Shown here one piece after another: positions 54,572 through 64,000 of a stretch of 64,000 nt of DNA. The stretch lies in the NCBI GenBank assembly GCA_021205305.1, contig JAJPXU010000011.1:10553-74552 (forward strand), given 5' to 3'. The notes beneath the pieces were generated by a model, which worked only from the letters and a program-made list of their open reading frames with translations, did no database searches and had not been told where the DNA came from. Numbering within the stretch: position 1 is the first letter of the stretch; the number at the start of each line of letters is the position of its first letter. The translations under genes were made by a program, and so were the position numbers. This DNA comes from Lachnospiraceae bacterium. Lineage in GTDB: Bacteria; Bacillota; Clostridia; Lachnospirales; Lachnospiraceae.

Positions 54572-55558
54572 TCATCCATCCAGATAATCTCTCAGTTTCC
54601 GGCTGCGGCTCGGATGGCGCAGCTTGCGCAGCGCTTTCGCCTCGATCTGACGGATACGTTCCCGCGTCACGCAAAATTCTTTGCCGACCTCTTCCAGCGT
54701 CCGCGCCCGGCCATCATCCAGACCAAACCGCAGGCGCAGTACCCGCTGTTCCCGCTCTGTCAGCGTCGAAAGGACTTCCACCAACTGCTCCTGCATCACA
54801 GTAAAAGTCGCCGCCTCCGCCGGCACCAGCGCGCTGTCGTCACTGATAAAATCACCCAGATGCGTATCCTCCTCATCCCCAATCGGCGTTTCCAGTGAAA
54901 CCGGTTCCTGCGCAATCCTTAAAATCTCGGCAACCCGCTCCGGCTCCATGGCAATCTCCGCAGCAATCTCTTCCGCCGTCGGTTCCCGCCCCAGATCCAG
55001 AAGCAGCTGCCGCGAAGTCCGGGTCACACGATTCATAGTCTCTACCATATGCACCGGAATCCGGATGGTTCGCGCCTGATCCGCGATCGCACGGGTGATT
55101 GCCTGACGAATCCACCAGGTCGCGTAAGTGCTGAATTTATAGCCCTTGCGGTAGTCAAACTTGTCCACCGCTTTCATCAAGCCTAAATTTCCCTCCTGCA
55201 CCAGATCAAGCAGCTGCATTCCATGTCCGCTGTAACGCTTCGCAATGCTGACCACCAGCCGCAGATTTGCCTCAGCCAGACAGGCTTTCGCGGTCTCATC
55301 GCCCTCACTCATCCGCTTTGCGAGGAGCATTTCCTCTCCAGCGCTCAGAAGACGGATTCGTCCAATTTCTTTTAGATACATCCTCACAGGGTCATCCAGT
55401 GCAATCCCATCCAAACCTTCTGATGCAGAAATCATATCCAGGTTGTCCACATCATCAAGTGCTTCCAGGCTGTCTGTATCGGCAAGCACCTCCAGGTCAT
55501 CCGTCCGCTTTCGTAATCCGCCCGTTTCGCTTTCGGGAATTGTTTTCTGCGTATCCAT
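54572..55558 (-). CDS. rpoD: RNA polymerase sigma factor RpoD/SigA, short N-terminus
   Basis: [64 protein letters not shown]; start MDTQ after GCAGGAG. Confidence 0.95.
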   Translation of the reverse strand: MDTQKTIPESETGGLRKRTDDLEVLADTDSLEALDDVDNLDMISASEGLDGIALDDPVRMYLKEIGRIRLLSAGEEMLLAKRMSEGDETAKACLAEANLRLVVSIAKRYSGHGMQLLDLVQEGNLGLMKAVDKFDYRKGYKFSTYATWWIRQAITRAIADQARTIRIPVHMVETMNRVTRTSRQLLLDLGREPTAEEIAAEIAMEPERVAEILRIAQEPVSLETPIGDEEDTHLGDFISDDSALVPAEAATFTVMQEQLVEVLSTLTEREQRVLRLRFGLDDGRARTLEEVGKEFCVTRERIRQIEAKALRKLRHPSRSRKLRDYLDG

Positions 55559-55589
55559 CCAACTCCTGCCTTTAAATGAATTCCTTCTA

Positions 55590-57371
55590 TCATTCTTTCC
55601 GTTCCGGAAGAGAAATATGCAGGTGCGACAGCCCTTCCAGGCGCTTTTTTGCCGCAATCAGCGCCTGCAGTCCCTGCAAATCGCCCGGAGCAAGCGCAGC
55701 ATTCTTCTGCTCTACCGCTCCCGTCATCACCTTGCGAATCGTATCCGCAACTGCTTTCTCCTCCTCTTCTCTGGAAGTAACCGGCACCTCTGTATTAAAA
55801 ATCTGGGCAACCGTCCGCTGCTGCTCGGGGTCCATAAAATGATTCACAATCCGCGCCGGGTTCCGCTCCTTCTTTGCAAGCTGTTCAAACAGCATTGACG
55901 CCACGTCCCGGTACAGGGAATCTGTAAAATCCTCCGGGCTGATATAGGATGACACCGCCGGATATAGCTCCGGATATTCCACCAGCCAGGTCAGAAGCAG
56001 ACGCTGGGATTTCAAAAGTCCATCGTCCTTCTCCGTGCGGCGTTCCCGTTCCAGAGAGCGCGGCGCGGTGCGCACCGGAGCACCCTGCATGAGAACATTC
56101 AGCACCATTTTGCGCATTCCCTCATAGGATGTCTGATAGCGCTCCACCACCGCCTCAATATAATTTTCCCGCTCGATCTCAAGCTCCAGCCCGGCGATTT
56201 TCGCCGCCACCGCCTGGAAAAAACGGGTCTTACCGTCCGGGTCTTTCATATCGTATGACTTCTCCATCACAGACAATTCAAACAGAAAACTGTTTTCCGC
56301 CTGCGCGATCCGCTCCCGAAAGGCATCTGTTCCCAACGCCTTGATAAACTCATCCGGGTCCTTATAGGGAGCCATGTGAAGCACACGCGTAGACACACCC
56401 GCTTCCTTTAAAAGCGGAATCGCCCGCAGCGCCGCCTTGACGCCCGCCTCATCGCTGTCATATGTCAGAATCACTTCGTCCGTATAGCGTTTCAAAATGG
56501 AGGCATGACGGCTGGTCAGCGCCGTGCCAAGCGAAGCCACCGCATTCGTAAACCCGGCCTGATGCATGGAAATGACGTCCATATACCCCTCGCACACCAG
56601 CAGGTTCTTCTCCTTCGACGTCCGCGCAAAATTCAGTCCGTAAAGATTCCGGCTTTTGTCAAAAACAACCGTTTCCGGAGAGTTCAGATATTTGGGCTTA
56701 CCGTCTCCCATCACGCGCCCGCCAAAGCCGATGACTTTATTATTCACATCCATGATGGGAAAAATCACCCGGTTCCAGAACTTGTCATACATCCCCTGCC
56801 GTTCATTCACCTGCATCAGCCCGGAATCCTTTAAAAGTGCGTCCGAATAGCCCTTTTTTTTCAGATAACGGTACAGCATACTGCCGTCCGGCCCGGCGTA
56901 CCCCAGGCCAAAGTGTTTCATTGTCTCATCAGAGAGCGCCCGGTTCTTCAGATATTCCATGCCGCGCTGCCCCTGCGGAGAACGCAGCTGAAAATAATAA
57001 AACTTTGCCGCGATCTTATTCAGTTCCAGCACACTGCTCCTTTTGTCCCGCTCTCTTCTGGCTTCCTCCGAATACTCCTCCTCCGGAAGCGAAATGCCCG
57101 CGCGGTCCGCCAGAAAACGCACCGCCTCCGGAAAGGTGTAATTTTCATACTCCATAATAAAATTGAAGACACCGCCGCCTGCACCGCAGCCAAAGCAGTA
57201 ATACATCTGCTTGCCCGGGCTGACGGAAAAGGAGGGAGATTTCTCATTATGAAACGGGCAGAGACCAAAATAGTTACTCCCCCGCCGCTGCAGCTTCACA
57301 TAACCAGAGACAACGCTCACAATGTCGCTGCGCAGGCGCACTTCTTCAATCACATCATCTGAATAATACAT
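55590..57371 (-). CDS. dnaG: DNA primase
   Basis: [11 protein letters not shown] Zn finger, [32 protein letters not shown]. Confidence 0.98.
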   Translation of the reverse strand: MYYSDDVIEEVRLRSDIVSVVSGYVKLQRRGSNYFGLCPFHNEKSPSFSVSPGKQMYYCFGCGAGGGVFNFIMEYENYTFPEAVRFLADRAGISLPEEEYSEEARRERDKRSSVLELNKIAAKFYYFQLRSPQGQRGMEYLKNRALSDETMKHFGLGYAGPDGSMLYRYLKKKGYSDALLKDSGLMQVNERQGMYDKFWNRVIFPIMDVNNKVIGFGGRVMGDGKPKYLNSPETVVFDKSRNLYGLNFARTSKEKNLLVCEGYMDVISMHQAGFTNAVASLGTALTSRHASILKRYTDEVILTYDSDEAGVKAALRAIPLLKEAGVSTRVLHMAPYKDPDEFIKALGTDAFRERIAQAENSFLFELSVMEKSYDMKDPDGKTRFFQAVAAKIAGLELEIERENYIEAVVERYQTSYEGMRKMVLNVLMQGAPVRTAPRSLERERRTEKDDGLLKSQRLLLTWLVEYPELYPAVSSYISPEDFTDSLYRDVASMLFEQLAKKERNPARIVNHFMDPEQQRTVAQIFNTEVPVTSREEEEKAVADTIRKVMTGAVEQKNAALAPGDLQGLQALIAAKKRLEGLSHLHISLPERKE

Positions 57372-57461
57372 CGTCTCATTCTCCTCACCAGAGTCCGCTT
57401 TGTCTGACTTGTCCCTTTCCAGTCACATCTTTTTCCACGCATTTTGGAAAAATAGCAACGA

Positions 57462-57479
57462 TTCAGGACAGCAGGCCGC
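57462..57479 (-). repeat. Family D right-end fragment
   Basis: Reverse complement GCGGCCTGCTGTCCTGAA is one mismatch from 19939-19956. Confidence 0.55.
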
Positions 57480-57480
57480 A

Positions 57481-58494
57481 TCACGTCTGCCAGGACTGCG
57501 GCACAAAAAGCTCCGTGTACTTTCGGATCGAGTAAAGATCCGTCATCCCCGCAATGTAATCGCAGACCACCTTTTCCTTCGGCTCTCCGCGTTTTTCCAT
57601 CAAATCCTGGTACTCCTGCGGCATCTGCTCCGGCTTTTCATTATAATAACGGTAAAGCTCCTGAAGCATCCGGATCGCTTTTCCTTCTTCACTTTTCGCC
57701 TCCGGATTCAGATAAACGCTCTGGAACATAAAGGCACGCAGGTCACGCATCGCCGTCTCCATCGTCTCCGACATCGCAATGTGATCCTGTCCTTCACTGT
57801 TATTCACCACATCATGAATCAACGCATTCAGGCGTTTTCTTGTCGTGTCGCCGATGAGTCGGCGGCTCTCTTCCGGAATATCTGACTCTTTCAGTATCCC
57901 TGCCCGCTCCGCATCGTCAATGTCATGATTTATGTACGCGATCTTATCACAATACCGCACCACCTGACCCTCCAGCGTATGCGGATGTCCCGCCGTGCGG
58001 TGATTCAAAATACCGTCCCGCACCTCCCAGGTCAGATTCAGACCCTCGCCTGCTTTTTCCAGCAGCTCCACAACGCGCACACTCTGCTGATAGTGCGCAA
58101 ATCCATACGGACATACCTCATTCAGCGCTTTCTCACCGGCATGTCCAAACGGCGTATGTCCCAGGTCATGGCCGAGTGCAATCGCGTCCGTCAGATCCTC
58201 ATTCAGCCGAAGCGCTTTCGCAATCGTGCGGGCCAGCTGGGAGACTTCCAGCGTATGCGTCATGCGCGTCCGGTAATGGTCGCCCTCCGGAATCAGAAAA
58301 ACCTGGGTTTTCTGCTTCAGCCGCCGGAACGATTTGCTGTGAATGATCCGGTCCCGGTCCCTCTGATATACTGTGCGGATATCGCACTGCGGCTCATCCC
58401 GCTCCCGTCCCCTGCTCTCCCGGCTGTAGGAAGCATAAGGACTAAATATCTGATATTCCAATTCTTCTGTTTGCTCGCGAATCGTCATGCGCAC
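57481..58494 (-). CDS. dgt: dGTP triphosphohydrolase (HD family)
   Basis: RDRDRIIHSKSFRRLK.KTQV, RTRMTHTLEV, HDLGHTPFGHAGE, DYIAGMTD. Confidence 0.95.
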   Translation of the reverse strand: MRMTIREQTEELEYQIFSPYASYSRESRGRERDEPQCDIRTVYQRDRDRIIHSKSFRRLKQKTQVFLIPEGDHYRTRMTHTLEVSQLARTIAKALRLNEDLTDAIALGHDLGHTPFGHAGEKALNEVCPYGFAHYQQSVRVVELLEKAGEGLNLTWEVRDGILNHRTAGHPHTLEGQVVRYCDKIAYINHDIDDAERAGILKESDIPEESRRLIGDTTRKRLNALIHDVVNNSEGQDHIAMSETMETAMRDLRAFMFQSVYLNPEAKSEEGKAIRMLQELYRYYNEKPEQMPQEYQDLMEKRGEPKEKVVCDYIAGMTDLYSIRKYTELFVPQSWQT

Positions 58495-58601
58495 ACCTTC
58501 TTTCTCTTATGCAGTGATTGTTCGCAATATGTCCCTTGTATCATTATATGCAAAAATCGGCGCAAAATACCACACTGTGGCAGTCTGCACCGTCTGCTCT
58601 T

Positions 58602-58835
58602 CTACTCTCTGGCCTCTTTCAGTTTCCGAATCATTTCCATGTCTTCCGCGCTCACACGGATATTGCTGCGAAGAACCTTTCCCTCGGAAGTCGTCATCTC
58701 AACCGCAATGACCGAGCCCTCATCCACCGCAGCAGCAGCAGCCTCTAAAAATGGAAAAAGCTTCGGATGGCTGTTTGTGAGCTGATCCTCCATACCCTTT
58801 AGCTGCATCAGCTTCATTGGGTTCATTTTCATCAT
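58602..58835 (-). CDS. Small hypothetical protein
   Basis: AGAGGAG RBS; MMKMNPMKLMQLK...HPKLFPFL. Confidence 0.75.
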   Translation of the reverse strand: MMKMNPMKLMQLKGMEDQLTNSHPKLFPFLEAAAAAVDEGSVIAVEMTTSEGKVLRSNIRVSAEDMEMIRKLKEARE

Positions 58836-59006
58836 TTCTGTCACTCCTCTTTCAGTACAAGCCGCATATTCGCATCCAACACCAAATTTCTCTCCAGACA
58901 GCACAACAAATGTTGCAGGTCACACCATAGCCAAATTTACCTTATGTCAGCCACTACAGGTGTGACCAGTATCCAGCTAGTACCCTGTCTGGTTTGAGAG
59001 ATGAGT

Positions 59007-59333
59007 TCACATCATGCTTACAATCCCGACACACACGATGAAAAACCAACCCACGATAGCCACTGTGCTTAAGATCATACCGGCTTTACCTGGCAGATTC
59101 GATTTGCAGTCATCACGAAAGCTGACAAATCCGTAGCGCAGTCCCAGCAATGCCATCACAATCCCTGTCACACCGCAGGCACCAATCCATGTACCGGCAC
59201 TGCCCTTCAGCCAATAGGAAATCAACAGTAACATCAGAAATAAAACAATGCTTACCGCACTCAATACCAACGATGCAATACCGTTCGAAGAATACTTTTT
59301 TTCTACAAAGGAATAAACTCTTTTATCCGCCAT
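59007..59333 (-). CDS. Small three-TM membrane protein (DUF6142-like)
   Basis: Three hydrophobic helices; GAGG RBS. Confidence 0.7.
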   Translation of the reverse strand: MADKRVYSFVEKKYSSNGIASLVLSAVSIVLFLMLLLISYWLKGSAGTWIGACGVTGIVMALLGLRYGFVSFRDDCKSNLPGKAGMILSTVAIVGWFFIVCVGIVSMM

Positions 59334-59394
59334 CTTTGTCCTCTTATTGTAACCGTTCCATACTGACAGAGTATCCTCTTATTTTCGCTTCTAA

Positions 59395-59922
59395 TCAGCC
59401 CTTGTCCCGGCATTTTTTAGCCCTTTGGCTCCCAATCGGAAGCGCCGCGCCGGATTTGCGCGTCTCAAACGACAGATACCAGCGGCTCATCACCCGAAAC
59501 GCCAGATACCCCAGCAGACCGCCAAGCGTATTCAGAATCATATCATCCACGTCAAAACAGCCCACATGAAAAATCAGCTGTGACACCTCCACAAGCACGC
59601 TGACCTCCAGACTCAGAAGCGTGATACGCCAGGCGCGCCTGGCTCCCCGGGCCATCAGCGGAACCAGGGCTCCAAACGGCAGAAAGCCGATCACATTTCC
59701 GAACAGATTGATCAGCACCGCCCGCGTTCCGAGCAGCTCCCGATAACGAATGTAGCGGATGATCTCCCGAAACGGGTAAATATTGTAATCATATTCTCCC
59801 ACACCGCCATGTCCGTAATCTTCAGACAGAAACAGAAAATAAACCAGCCCGGCCATATACAGCAGAAACAGGCACGCCCCCAACGCTTTAATCACTTTTC
59901 TCGGCAAAGCATTTCCTTTCAT
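59395..59922 (-). CDS. VanZ-family membrane protein
   Basis: YNIYPFREI, NLFGNVIGFLPFG, VEVSQL, FDVDDMILNTLGG. Confidence 0.92.
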   Translation of the reverse strand: MKGNALPRKVIKALGACLFLLYMAGLVYFLFLSEDYGHGGVGEYDYNIYPFREIIRYIRYRELLGTRAVLINLFGNVIGFLPFGALVPLMARGARRAWRITLLSLEVSVLVEVSQLIFHVGCFDVDDMILNTLGGLLGYLAFRVMSRWYLSFETRKSGAALPIGSQRAKKCRDKG

Positions 59923-60132
59923 TTACAGTCCCAGCCCGGTACCGGCCTTCCAAAGTCTCACCGCATTCAAAATCATCAGTACACCGGTCGCTACGCCTGT
60001 CACCAGTACAACGATGCCAAGTACCAGATTCCATACGCCTGCTTTCTCTGTCGCTCGTACCATCCGTTCATTCATGTCCAGATCCTCCTTGTCACCCCAT
60101 TCATCATATTCGGTTTCCATCATCCCATCCAT
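59923..60132 (-). CDS. Small membrane protein
   Basis: Hydrophobic hairpin; abuts the vanZ start. Confidence 0.65.
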   Translation of the reverse strand: MDGMMETEYDEWGDKEDLDMNERMVRATEKAGVWNLVLGIVVLVTGVATGVLMILNAVRLWKAGTGLGL

Positions 60133-60158
60133 CTCTTTTCATACATTTTCGTTAACAG

Positions 60159-60259
60159 TTCAGAACAGCATCGAAATGAAAAGACAGGTGCTGAGCGCCA
60201 GTGGCGCTCGCTTAGCGCCGACCGAAGCGAAGCGTAGACCTGTGGCCTGCTGTTCTGAA
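60159..60259. repeat. Family D element, longest copy
   Basis: TTCAGAACAG...CTGTTCTGAA ends; internal GAGCGCCA-G-TGGCGCTC hairpin and CGCCGACCGAAG. Confidence 0.78.
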
Positions 60260-60292
60260 TAGTTACCATTTTCGATATAACATATGCTGCGC

Positions 60293-60973
60293 TTACCTGG
60301 CACCGTATGTTTCATAATACGCGTCAATCGCAGCTTTTATCTCATCATCGATGACAACCCTGCCCTTGTATTTCTTTCCATACAGGTGTTCCACGACCTC
60401 AGCCATCGTAACAATAGCGGTGGTCTGTATTCCATAAGTCTCTTCAATCTGCCGCAGCGCACTCTTTTCTCCCGTACCGCGCTCCATACGGTCCACAGAA
60501 ACAACCAGGCCAAGCACCTCTACCTCTCCCTGTGCCCGGATAATCGGGAGCGTCTCCTGAATCGAAGTCCCCGCGGTCGTCACATCCTCGATAATCACCA
60601 CGCGGTCGCCATTACAGATCGGGCTGCCGAGCAAAATCCCCTTATCTCCATGATCCTTAACTTCCTTGCGGTTCGAGCAATAGCGGATATCTGCCTTATA
60701 TTTGTCGCTGATCGCCATAGTCGTTGCAACCGAAAGCGGAATCCCCTTATAGGCCGGTCCAAACAGCACATCAAAATCCAGGCCAAACTTTTCTTTGATC
60801 GCCTGCGCGTAATATTCGCCCAGCCTGCAAAGCTGCGCTCCCGTCCGGTAAAACCCGGTATTAATAAAAAACGGCGTCTTTCTCCCGCTCTTCGTCACAA
60901 AATCGCCGAAGCGAAGTACGTCACAATCTACCATAAACTCGATAAAGTCCTTTTTATAGGCTTCCATAGTCAT
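60293..60973 (-). CDS. pyrE: Orotate phosphoribosyltransferase
   Basis: LRFGDFVTKSGRKTPFF, FGPAYKGIP, NRKEVKDHG, IIEDVTTAGTS. Confidence 0.97.
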   Translation of the reverse strand: MTMEAYKKDFIEFMVDCDVLRFGDFVTKSGRKTPFFINTGFYRTGAQLCRLGEYYAQAIKEKFGLDFDVLFGPAYKGIPLSVATTMAISDKYKADIRYCSNRKEVKDHGDKGILLGSPICNGDRVVIIEDVTTAGTSIQETLPIIRAQGEVEVLGLVVSVDRMERGTGEKSALRQIEETYGIQTTAIVTMAEVVEHLYGKKYKGRVVIDDEIKAAIDAYYETYGAR

Positions 60974-61048
60974 AAATCTCCTTTGCAGTCATCACTCTCG
61001 TTATTTTTGTTCAGTATACCACAGAAAAACCTCCTGTTCCACACTTTT

Positions 61049-61939
61049 TTATTCTCTTCGGAACCTCGCTTCTACCTCGCGTGCTGCATCTTCCATTTTT
61101 CGGTCAAATTCTTTCTTTTCATCCGTCGTATGCGGCAAACCCGCGCACAGCTCATAAAGCTCCCGATACTCGTCCCGGATGCCCTGCGCGTGCGGCACAC
61201 GATAAGCACCGGCATCGCTGCCCGGCGCAATCTTCACCCCATATTGAAAGCCCTTTCGAATGATCGCACCCTGCCGCTCTTTAAGACGGCACAGCGACGC
61301 ATCGTCATAGCGCCCGCTTCCAATCAGATTGGAAATGGTCACAAAGGTCGGCACCCAGATCGTCCGGCTATCACGCAAGGCCAGCAGGCAGTCTTCATCC
61401 ATAAAATTGCCATGCTCGATGGAATCCACTCCCGCGTCGATCACCGCCCGCACCGCGTCGGCTCCGTTTGTGTGCGCCATCACGGCAAAGCCCTCCTCAT
61501 GGGCAATGTGAATCATTTCGCGGATTTCTTCCCGGTCAAGAGAGCTTTCTGTGAGCGCGCCCTCACGCTCAAAATCCAGGATGCCGGATACCATTATTTT
61601 AATAAAATCCGCCCCGGCCGCACCCGCTTCCTTTACCAGTTGATGGTATTCCTTCATCGTGTCAAATCCGCGCCCGACAATCTTACCGTAGTGACCGTTT
61701 TTGTGAATCCCAAAAATCGGAGTACGGTAGGTAATCCCGTACTCCGGTGCCAGCTTCGCCGCTAACGCCGACGCCCCATAATGATCGCCGCCATCGCGCA
61801 GGTAAATCACTCCGGCTTTGGCATAGGCAGCCAGCTTTTCGCGGATATCCGCCTCGTCCACGCCCAATTTGTAATGAGCCGCCGCCGCCCGGTAGTTCTC
61901 GCCGTTCATAAAAATATGCATATGACATTCGTAAAACAT
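61049..61939 (-). CDS. Amidohydrolase-family metalloenzyme
   Basis: ECHMH, IKIMVSG, MAHTNG, SIEHG, GSDAG. Confidence 0.88.
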   Translation of the reverse strand: MFYECHMHIFMNGENYRAAAAHYKLGVDEADIREKLAAYAKAGVIYLRDGGDHYGASALAAKLAPEYGITYRTPIFGIHKNGHYGKIVGRGFDTMKEYHQLVKEAGAAGADFIKIMVSGILDFEREGALTESSLDREEIREMIHIAHEEGFAVMAHTNGADAVRAVIDAGVDSIEHGNFMDEDCLLALRDSRTIWVPTFVTISNLIGSGRYDDASLCRLKERQGAIIRKGFQYGVKIAPGSDAGAYRVPHAQGIRDEYRELYELCAGLPHTTDEKKEFDRKMEDAAREVEARFRRE

Positions 61940-62018
61940 AGGAATCGCTCTCCTTTTCCTCTGAGTCATTATTTCCGTTCGCGATCGTGTGATCGAGCAG
62001 AAGGCAGTCCTGCACAAT

Positions 62019-62136
62019 CGGATAGGGAGAGTTCTCTCTCCCCTATCCGTCTGCGCGAGCCGGGTGCGGCTTTAGCCGCAAAACTCCTTACCCGGCTCTG
62101 TGCATAAATACGTAAGGGATGGGCAAGCCCATCCCC
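62019..62136. repeat. Cluster of three hairpins including a family E element (62053-62106)
   Basis: CGGATAGGGAGAG stem; GAGCCGGGT...ACCCGGCTC enclosing GCGGC-TTTA-GCCGC; GGGATGGGC-AA-GCCCATCCC. Confidence 0.8.
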
Positions 62137-62168
62137 TGCAAACGTGTTTACATCGCGTCACATATGTC

Positions 62169-63602
62169 TCAGGACAGCAATTCCCGCAGCATCGCGTTTA
62201 CGGCCGCCGGATTTGCCTTTCCCTTCATCGCTTTCATCGTCTGTCCAACGAGGAAGCCAAGCGCCTTTTCTTTACCGCCCTTATAATCCGCCACAGACTG
62301 CGGGTTTGCCGCAATCACGCCCTCCACGACTGTACGCAGCTCGCCTTCATCGTTGACCGTCTTCAGGCCATGCTCTTCCACATATGCTTCCGGATCTACA
62401 TCCTCGCGGAAAATCTGTTCGAAGACTTCCTTCGCGACGGTCTGATTGATGGTTCCGGCTTCTGCCAGATCGATCAGCTTCGCCAGATGCTTCGGTGAGA
62501 AATCCAGTGTCTCCGGCTCGCGGTTTTCTTCTTTGAGCAGTCGCAGCGTCTCGCCCATCAGCCAGTTGGACACCTTTTTCGGCTTGCCGCAGAGTGCGGT
62601 TGCCTCCTCAAAAATATCTGCCATGCGCTTGGATTCGGTGATGATGCCCGCATCGTATTCCGGTATGTCAAACTCTTTTTTGTACCGCGCCAATTTCTCC
62701 GTGCGCAGCTCCGGCTGGCGGTCTCTGACGGCCTGCAGCCACTCGTCGCTGATCACGATCGGCACCAGATCCGGATCCGGGAAATAGCGGTAATCGTGCG
62801 CATCCTCCTTGGAACGCATCGGATAAGAATATTCTTTGTTGTCATCCCAGCGGCGAGTCTCCTGAATCACCGGTTTGCCCTCTTCGAGCAGCTCGATCTG
62901 CCGTTCCCGCTCGCCGTCAATCGCGCGCGCGATTGCCTTGAAGGAGTTCAGGTTCTTCATTTCCGTCCGCGTCCCAAGCTTTTCTGTTCCCAGCTCCCGC
63001 ACAGAAAGATTGACGTCCGCACGCATGGAGCCCTCCTGCAGCTTGCAGTCGGAAGCGCCCAGATACTGGATGATCAGGCGCAGCTTTTCCAGATAAGCAA
63101 TGACCTCCTCCGCACTGCGCATATCCGGTTCGGAGACGATCTCAATCAGAGGCACGCCGCTGCGGTTATAGTCCACCAGAGAACAATCCTCCCACTCGTC
63201 GTGGATCAGTTTCCCGGCGTCCTCCTCCATATGGATTTCATGAATGCCGATTTTGCGCGTTCCGGCCGAGGTATCGACTTCCACATAGCCATCGTGGCAG
63301 ATCGGCAGGTAAAGCTGAGAAATCTGATAGTTCTGCGGATTATCCGGGTAAAAATAATTCTTGCGGTCAAACTTACAAAACTGGTGAATCTCGCAATTGG
63401 TCGCCAGGCCGACGGCCATCGCGTACTCCACCACCTGCTTATTCAGAACAGGAAGGGAACCCGGCATTCCGGTGCAGACCGGGCAGGTGTGCGCATTGGG
63501 CGCCGCACCGAAAGCGGTCGAACAGCCGCAGAAAATCTTGGTCTTTGTCGCCAGTTCTACATGAACCTCCAGTCCAATGACGGTCTCATATTGCTTCGCC
63601 AT
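62169..63602 (-). CDS. gatB: Asp-tRNA(Asn)/Glu-tRNA(Gln) amidotransferase subunit B
   Basis: IGLEVHVEL, FDRKNYFYPD, HMEEDAGK, DYNRSGVPLIEIVSEP, YRYFPDPDL. Confidence 0.98.
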   Translation of the reverse strand: MAKQYETVIGLEVHVELATKTKIFCGCSTAFGAAPNAHTCPVCTGMPGSLPVLNKQVVEYAMAVGLATNCEIHQFCKFDRKNYFYPDNPQNYQISQLYLPICHDGYVEVDTSAGTRKIGIHEIHMEEDAGKLIHDEWEDCSLVDYNRSGVPLIEIVSEPDMRSAEEVIAYLEKLRLIIQYLGASDCKLQEGSMRADVNLSVRELGTEKLGTRTEMKNLNSFKAIARAIDGERERQIELLEEGKPVIQETRRWDDNKEYSYPMRSKEDAHDYRYFPDPDLVPIVISDEWLQAVRDRQPELRTEKLARYKKEFDIPEYDAGIITESKRMADIFEEATALCGKPKKVSNWLMGETLRLLKEENREPETLDFSPKHLAKLIDLAEAGTINQTVAKEVFEQIFREDVDPEAYVEEHGLKTVNDEGELRTVVEGVIAANPQSVADYKGGKEKALGFLVGQTMKAMKGKANPAAVNAMLRELLS

Positions 63603-63603
63603 A

Positions 63604-64000
63604 TTATTCGCCCTCCTTGTCTGCCGCTGTTTTACAGTCTCCGGCTTTCTCGTTCTTCGCAATCTCCGGCACCAGGAACCGCCCGCGCGCCTGCTCAAAC
63701 GCATAAGCCGCGCGCAGAATCGCTTTTTCATTAAAGCAGTCGCCAATCATCTGCACACCGATCGGCAGACCCTTACTGTCCAACCGGCAGGGCACAGAAA
63801 TTCCGGGCAGCCCGGCCAGATTGACAGAAATCGTATAGATATCGCCGAGATACATCTTCAGCGGATCGCTTAAGCTCTTGCCGAGCTCCGGCGCAGTCGT
63901 CGGCGACGCCGGCGCCAGAATAATGTCATATTTTTCAAACGCGCGGTCAAAGGACTGCTTGATCAGCGCCTTGGTGCGCAGTGCTTTCAGATAATAGGCA
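63604..64000 (-). CDS. gatA: Amidotransferase subunit A (3' part only)
   Basis: [23 protein letters not shown]...LPIGVQMIG; the frame continues off the window end. Confidence 0.93.
   Translation of the reverse strand, partial: AYYLKALRTKALIKQSFDRAFEKYDIILAPASPTTAPELGKSLSDPLKMYLGDIYTISVNLAGLPGISVPCRLDSKGLPIGVQMIGDCFNEKAILRAAYAFEQARGRFLVPEIAKNEKAGDCKTAADKEGE

Noticed and set aside
55559-55657. Longer RpoD start at 55657
   Set aside because: It overlaps the dnaG 3' end, lacks an RBS and does not resemble region 1.1; ATG 55558 has a good RBS.
60284-61765. 493-aa plus-strand ORF
   Set aside because: Antisense to pyrE and the amidohydrolase; no coding signature of its own.
1-64000. Prophage, integrase, transposase, reverse transcriptase, tRNA or rRNA genes
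   Set aside because: No ORF or sequence motif supporting any of these was recognised in the window.

Overview
Chromosomal window from a Clostridia/Lachnospiraceae-like Firmicute (taxon inferred from gene order and protein style); almost all genes lie on the minus strand. Left to right: (1) a partial cell-wall-binding repeat protein; (2) a complete glycyl-radical bacterial microcompartment locus of the GRM5 type (GRE propanediol dehydratase, activase, class II aldolase, PduP, Zn-ADH, four BMC-H genes, PduL, EutN, PduS, PduT, DeoR regulator); (3) ppdK, a Fic gene and a PPi-type phosphofructokinase; (4) an accessory envelope block: ECF sigma/anti-sigma with its own promoter, and an OmpR-type two-component system with an ABC exporter, a lipoprotein and a COG1361-like surface protein, where two promoters share an identical 21-bp box; (5) housekeeping genes (MATE, nitroreductase, PanE, RsuA, PHP, glyQS, recO, era, M16C peptidase), a sortase-type repeat surface protein, RNase P RNA, kinase, trmK, rpoD, dnaG, dGTPase, pyrE, gatB and partial gatA. 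The least explained signal is a set of modular palindromic DNA repeat families. They occur as intergenic mosaics, supply stop codons to genes, and sit in frame inside proteins: certainly in the surface protein, and probably in the large insertions in Era and TrmK. No transposase, CRISPR array, tRNA or rRNA was seen. All family assignments are from recognised motifs; no database searches were run.
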